Positions 60,218-64,000 of a stretch of 64,000 nucleotides of DNA are shown one piece after another. The stretch spans positions 153,388,001 through 153,452,000 of the forward strand of contig NC_042998.1 of assembly GCF_006345805.1 (NCBI RefSeq). Reading direction: 5' to 3'. The position numbers and the translations under genes are program-made. The notes under the pieces were generated by a model that was given only the letters and a program-made list of their open reading frames with translations, was not told the origin of the DNA and made no database searches. Origin of the DNA: Octopus sinensis. Lineage: Eukaryota. How positions within the stretch are numbered: the first letter of the stretch is position 1; each line of letters opens with the position of its first letter.

Positions 60218-61400
60218 ATGGAAAATAAAGAAGCCGTCATAATGTTCAACAACAGGGTGTGTTCCTTGTCAGAGAAGAATGAGAACAAAGATGTAGAATG
60301 GCTTACACTTAATGACATAACCGAGGCAAATACTGTTTTGTCTCTAAGCAACGTCATAACTTTCAGTGACAAAGACAATAGCAATAACAACAACAACAGG
60401 AACAGCAATACTAAAGAAATGAAACTTAGAAACATGAATATTGCTACTGCTGCCACAACCACCTCTACTACAATGATTTCTTTGCAATTGTGGTGAGAAA
60501 TTTGGAAAATTTCTGCATAGATGAAGAAGATTTAAAAATGGCTAGGAAATTTGTTAAAAGGAATGGGAAAAGAGTGGCCCTAAACCCTCCTCCAACATCA
60601 TACACAATATCTTGAGATGCATGGTCACATACTGCTGCATTGGAGTAAAATCTCAGTAGTTGGAAAATGCGTCTGAGAGTAAAATACAAAAATACCTTGA
60701 GCGCGTGTGGGAACAGAAGACCCACATTACCTGAGGAAAGAAGTTTGGAACTATTGAGGTGAAATTTGGGAAGAGAAAGAAGCCAAGTGTCATTCTGCAA
60801 CCAACACCTTGCTAAGATTAGAATGTTGAACATGCCACCAGAAATATCCACCTGGTTAGTGGTGGCCATCTTGACAGGTTTAGATGAAGAAAATGCTGGG
60901 AGGTCAAGAAAATACCAAAACAAAACTGGTCGGGTATAGGTATAGAACTGACCCTACAATGTAAGCAAGCCCATATCAACCAGCTGCCCTATCTTACCGA
61001 TCTCCCAGATAGTACTCACCTGTCATTGTTAGTGGTGGGTAGACAATCAAGATGCTACATATGTGAATCTGTAACTCACTTAAAGGCTTTCTGCCCTGAA
61101 ACAAAAATTAAACTCCCACTGCTGTCAACACTACAAACACCACAAGTACAAAATCATGAAGAAGTGCTCAGGACTCCTACTCTTCCACCCATATCCATGT
61201 TCACACCCAAACCAAGAGAAAGAAGGAGTCTACTCCTGGTTGCTATGGAAAAGCAAGCTTCTCCTGAACACTGCCTCCCAAACCAAAATAAGCTGCAATG
61301 ACATCGAGAAAGAAGAGCTGAATGAACAATGGATCACTGAGACAAAAGGGGATAGGCGAAAGAGAAATAGAGTACACAGCCCTACACCAAGAATTCAACA
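60218..61400 (+). pseudogene. Gag/ORF1-like remnant with CCHC zinc knuckle
   Basis: CYICESVTHLKAFC (CX2CX4HX4C) in ORF 61026-61301; upstream frames are broken. Confidence 0.55.
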
Positions 61401-61414
61401 AAATATACAGGTGT

Positions 61415-61815
61415 GGGAGTGGCTGTGTGGTAAGTAGCTTGCTTACCAACCACATGGTTCTGCGTTCAGTCCCACTGCGTGGCACCTTGGGCAAGTGTCT
61501 TCTACTGTAGCCTCGGGCTGACCAAATCCTTGTGAGTGGATTTGGTAGACAAAAACTGAAAGAGGCCCGTCGTATATATGTATATGTATATATATATATA
61601 TGTGTGTGTGTGCGTTTGTGTGTCTGTGTTTGTGCCCCCAACATCGTTTGACAACTGATGCTGGTGTGTTTACGTCCCCATAACTTAGCGGTTCGGCAAA
61701 GAGACTGCTAGAGTAAGTACTAGGCTTCCAAAGAATAAGTCCTGGGGGCGATTTGCTGGACTAAAGGCAGTGCTCCAGCATGGCTGCAGTCAAATGACTG
61801 AAACAAATAAAAGAG
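61415..61815 (+). mobile_element. tRNA-derived SINE with internal (TA)/(TG) microsatellite
   Basis: tRNA-like head GTGGCTGTGTGGTAAG...GTTCAGTCCC; CORE-like GCACCTTGGGCAAGTGTCTT. Confidence 0.75.
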
Positions 61816-62629
61816 AAACCACAACTGCAACACAATTCACAACCACTCCAACAAAAACAAGAACAACAATTTCAAAAATAGCAACATCATGCTGTTGTTG
61901 ACAACAACATGAAATCACAGGAATGCAGAAGCAACCAATTACGAAACTTCAAAAACAAGAATATTCCTCAGACTGTAGGCGAAATGTATCCATCAATTTC
62001 ACTGTTGCGAGTGAGTGCAACAGTGAATTGATGAATTTGTTAGTCAAAACAAAATAGAGACAGAGGGAAAGGAATTTGAGGATTTCATACTCAAATTCCC
62101 AAAGGACAGACTTCTAATTAAAATGGCGTCAAACGTTTATAAAATTAGAGAAAAATTCTCATGTAGTGTGGGGATTTTAAAAAAACACCAATTGATAAAG
62201 GGCTGTTGGAAGTGCATTTTAAAAACTTTTGGCCAGTAGAGAGGCCCAGAACTTCCAGGCTTCTTGAAAGTCGAGGTGAGTAGCATCTTTTTCTTTCTCC
62301 ATGTAGCATGACTATCTGAGATTGGGAACACATTCTAGCATCCATTTTTGAGGACAATGAGGTATTCTCATCTTGTATGTACATGTGTATATATATATAT
62401 ATTTCGTTTTGGATTTGGTTTGCAAGATTCTTTATATGAGTTCGTGTGTTGAAGCATATTCTGTTGTGTCTGGGGAGAGTCATTTTCTTTTAGTGCCTTA
62501 TTATTTAACACACTCACCGGTAAAATTTCAACTTATTTCTTATTTTTATTTTCTAAAATTTTCATTGCATGTTGCAACCGTTTCAATAGTCTTAACTCTG
62601 TCCGTTATTTTCACTGCGTTCCCTTTTGT

Positions 62630-62990
62630 TTGTTTGTGCACATGTGTGTGGGTCAGTGGGTCAGTATGTGTATGTGCCTATACATGCATGCATGTATGTA
62701 TGTATGTATGTGTGTGTTTGCATGTGTATGTATGTATATATGTGTGTGTATGCATATGTATGTATGTATGTGTGTGCATCTGTATGTACGTATCCTGCAT
62801 ATTTATGTGCTTGCCTGTCCGTGTTTGTGTATTTTCTATGTATGTGTGTGTGAGCATGTGTTTGTATATGTATGCACCTCTGTCTCCTTGTGTGTGCATG
62901 TTAGGTAACTATGTACCATGTTTGTGTGTATGGATGTGCATCTTTATATGTGTGGATCCGTGTCTCCATATGTGTGTGTTCATATAGTCT
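62630..62990. repeat. Compound (GTAT)/(GT) microsatellite
   Basis: Low-complexity tract. Confidence 0.9.
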
Positions 62991-63237
62991 ATATACCTAT
63001 CCGTCTGTATATTGATCTGTTTATTTACATATCAAATGCTTACATACAGAAATTTAAAAAAAAAAAAAAAATACAAACTAAAAAATATTTAAAAAATAAC
63101 AAAAAAACCAAAAAAATTATAATGATTAAAAAAAGGCATACATACACTCACACCCCAAACACATACATTTATCTACCTAACAGTCCACTAACTATTCTAC
63201 TCTACCTGTGTAAACTGTGGGTATGGAGGTATGGTAT

Positions 63238-64000
63238 TTATTGTGTATATTTCCTATTTAATATTGGGGAGGTTTCATTTATAAGCACGTACTCCCGTAT
63301 TTGTTTGAGTGTTGGGTCTTTTGGGTGCTTGGATAAGATGTGGATGTCAAGTTGACCCAAGTTACCTCCATGGTGGTCTTTGGCATGTTCGTAGAGTATG
63401 GAGGACTATTTTCTGTTGTCATATTGTCTTAGACGTTCATTTATCCGTTCCGCAATGCTCCTAGACGTCTCCTCTATGTACATCATGTTCACGTTCTTAC
63501 AAGCACCCTCTATGCATCTTATGCTGTAAACTACATTTCGAGTTCTACAGTTAATACCAGGGCTAATTCTACATACCATGCAGTTATCATTGGTGCATAT
63601 GGTATTCTTAAACAGGTACGTCCTACATAGTTGTGATCTGATGGAGTTCCCTGACTTTTCAACAATTTTAATGTTGAGTTTGGTCTCCTTCAGAGCTTTT
63701 CTAAATCTACGGGCTAGTTCTCCATGGGCCGTGGCCTCTACAAACATTACTCCTTGATATTTGTTGGTTTTATACCATGTGTTCACACTGTTTGCTTTGT
63801 CACAAGTTCTTTGTATTCTATTCCATTCTTTGTTTCTATATCTAGGGCAGGTACCACTGGTATCATTACGTATAATGTTATCTAATTGCTCTCTAGCCCC
63901 CACCCCCATATTCATGAACCCTATCTTTCTGATCATATCCAGAGAACTGCATGCGGTGTATGAAGTTCTGTATATGTTTCTTCGTTTCATAGGGTTTGCA
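63238..64000 (-). mobile_element. Penelope-like element, GIY-YIG endonuclease end, with one premature stop
   Basis: NVVYSIRC...YIEETSRSIAERINER; after the stop at 63406 the frame continues ILYEHAKDHHGG...LKQIREYVLINETSPILNRKYTQ*. Confidence 0.85.

Noticed and set aside
62540-62570. Additional hammerhead on the minus strand (GAAAC-GGTTGC)
   Set aside because: The CTGANGA half is absent; at most a truncated remnant.
62373-62987. 204-aa Cys/Val/Met-rich ORF and similar low-complexity ORFs (34394-34731, 55042-55275)
   Set aside because: These are translations of microsatellites.

Overview
AT-rich animal genomic DNA. The SINE, LINE and microsatellite repertoire points to an octopus or other coleoid cephalopod; this is inference. 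One host gene is present: six coding exons of diacylglycerol kinase epsilon (DGKE, + strand, 20558-57010), continuing beyond the window. The rest is a dense, nested transposon landscape: RTE LINEs (one near-intact), R4/Dong-like RLE LINEs, Penelope-like fragments with hammerhead ribozyme motifs, a Gypsy LTR element carrying a nested piggyBac, Tc1, mariner, Tigger, non-autonomous Helitrons and tRNA-SINEs. The most striking structures are two unrelated ~2.9-kb palindromic (fold-back) DNA elements, each bounded by GG...CC termini and a perfect 8-bp target-site duplication. One (21755-24658) resolves into a head-to-head dimer of a Merlin (IS1016/IS1595-like) transposon: an ORF-bearing copy plus an ORF-deleted copy that moved as one unit. 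The other (5640-8495) has 1.3-kb arms that both carry the same retroposon insertion. All calls were made by eye without database searches, and boundaries of old repeats are approximate.
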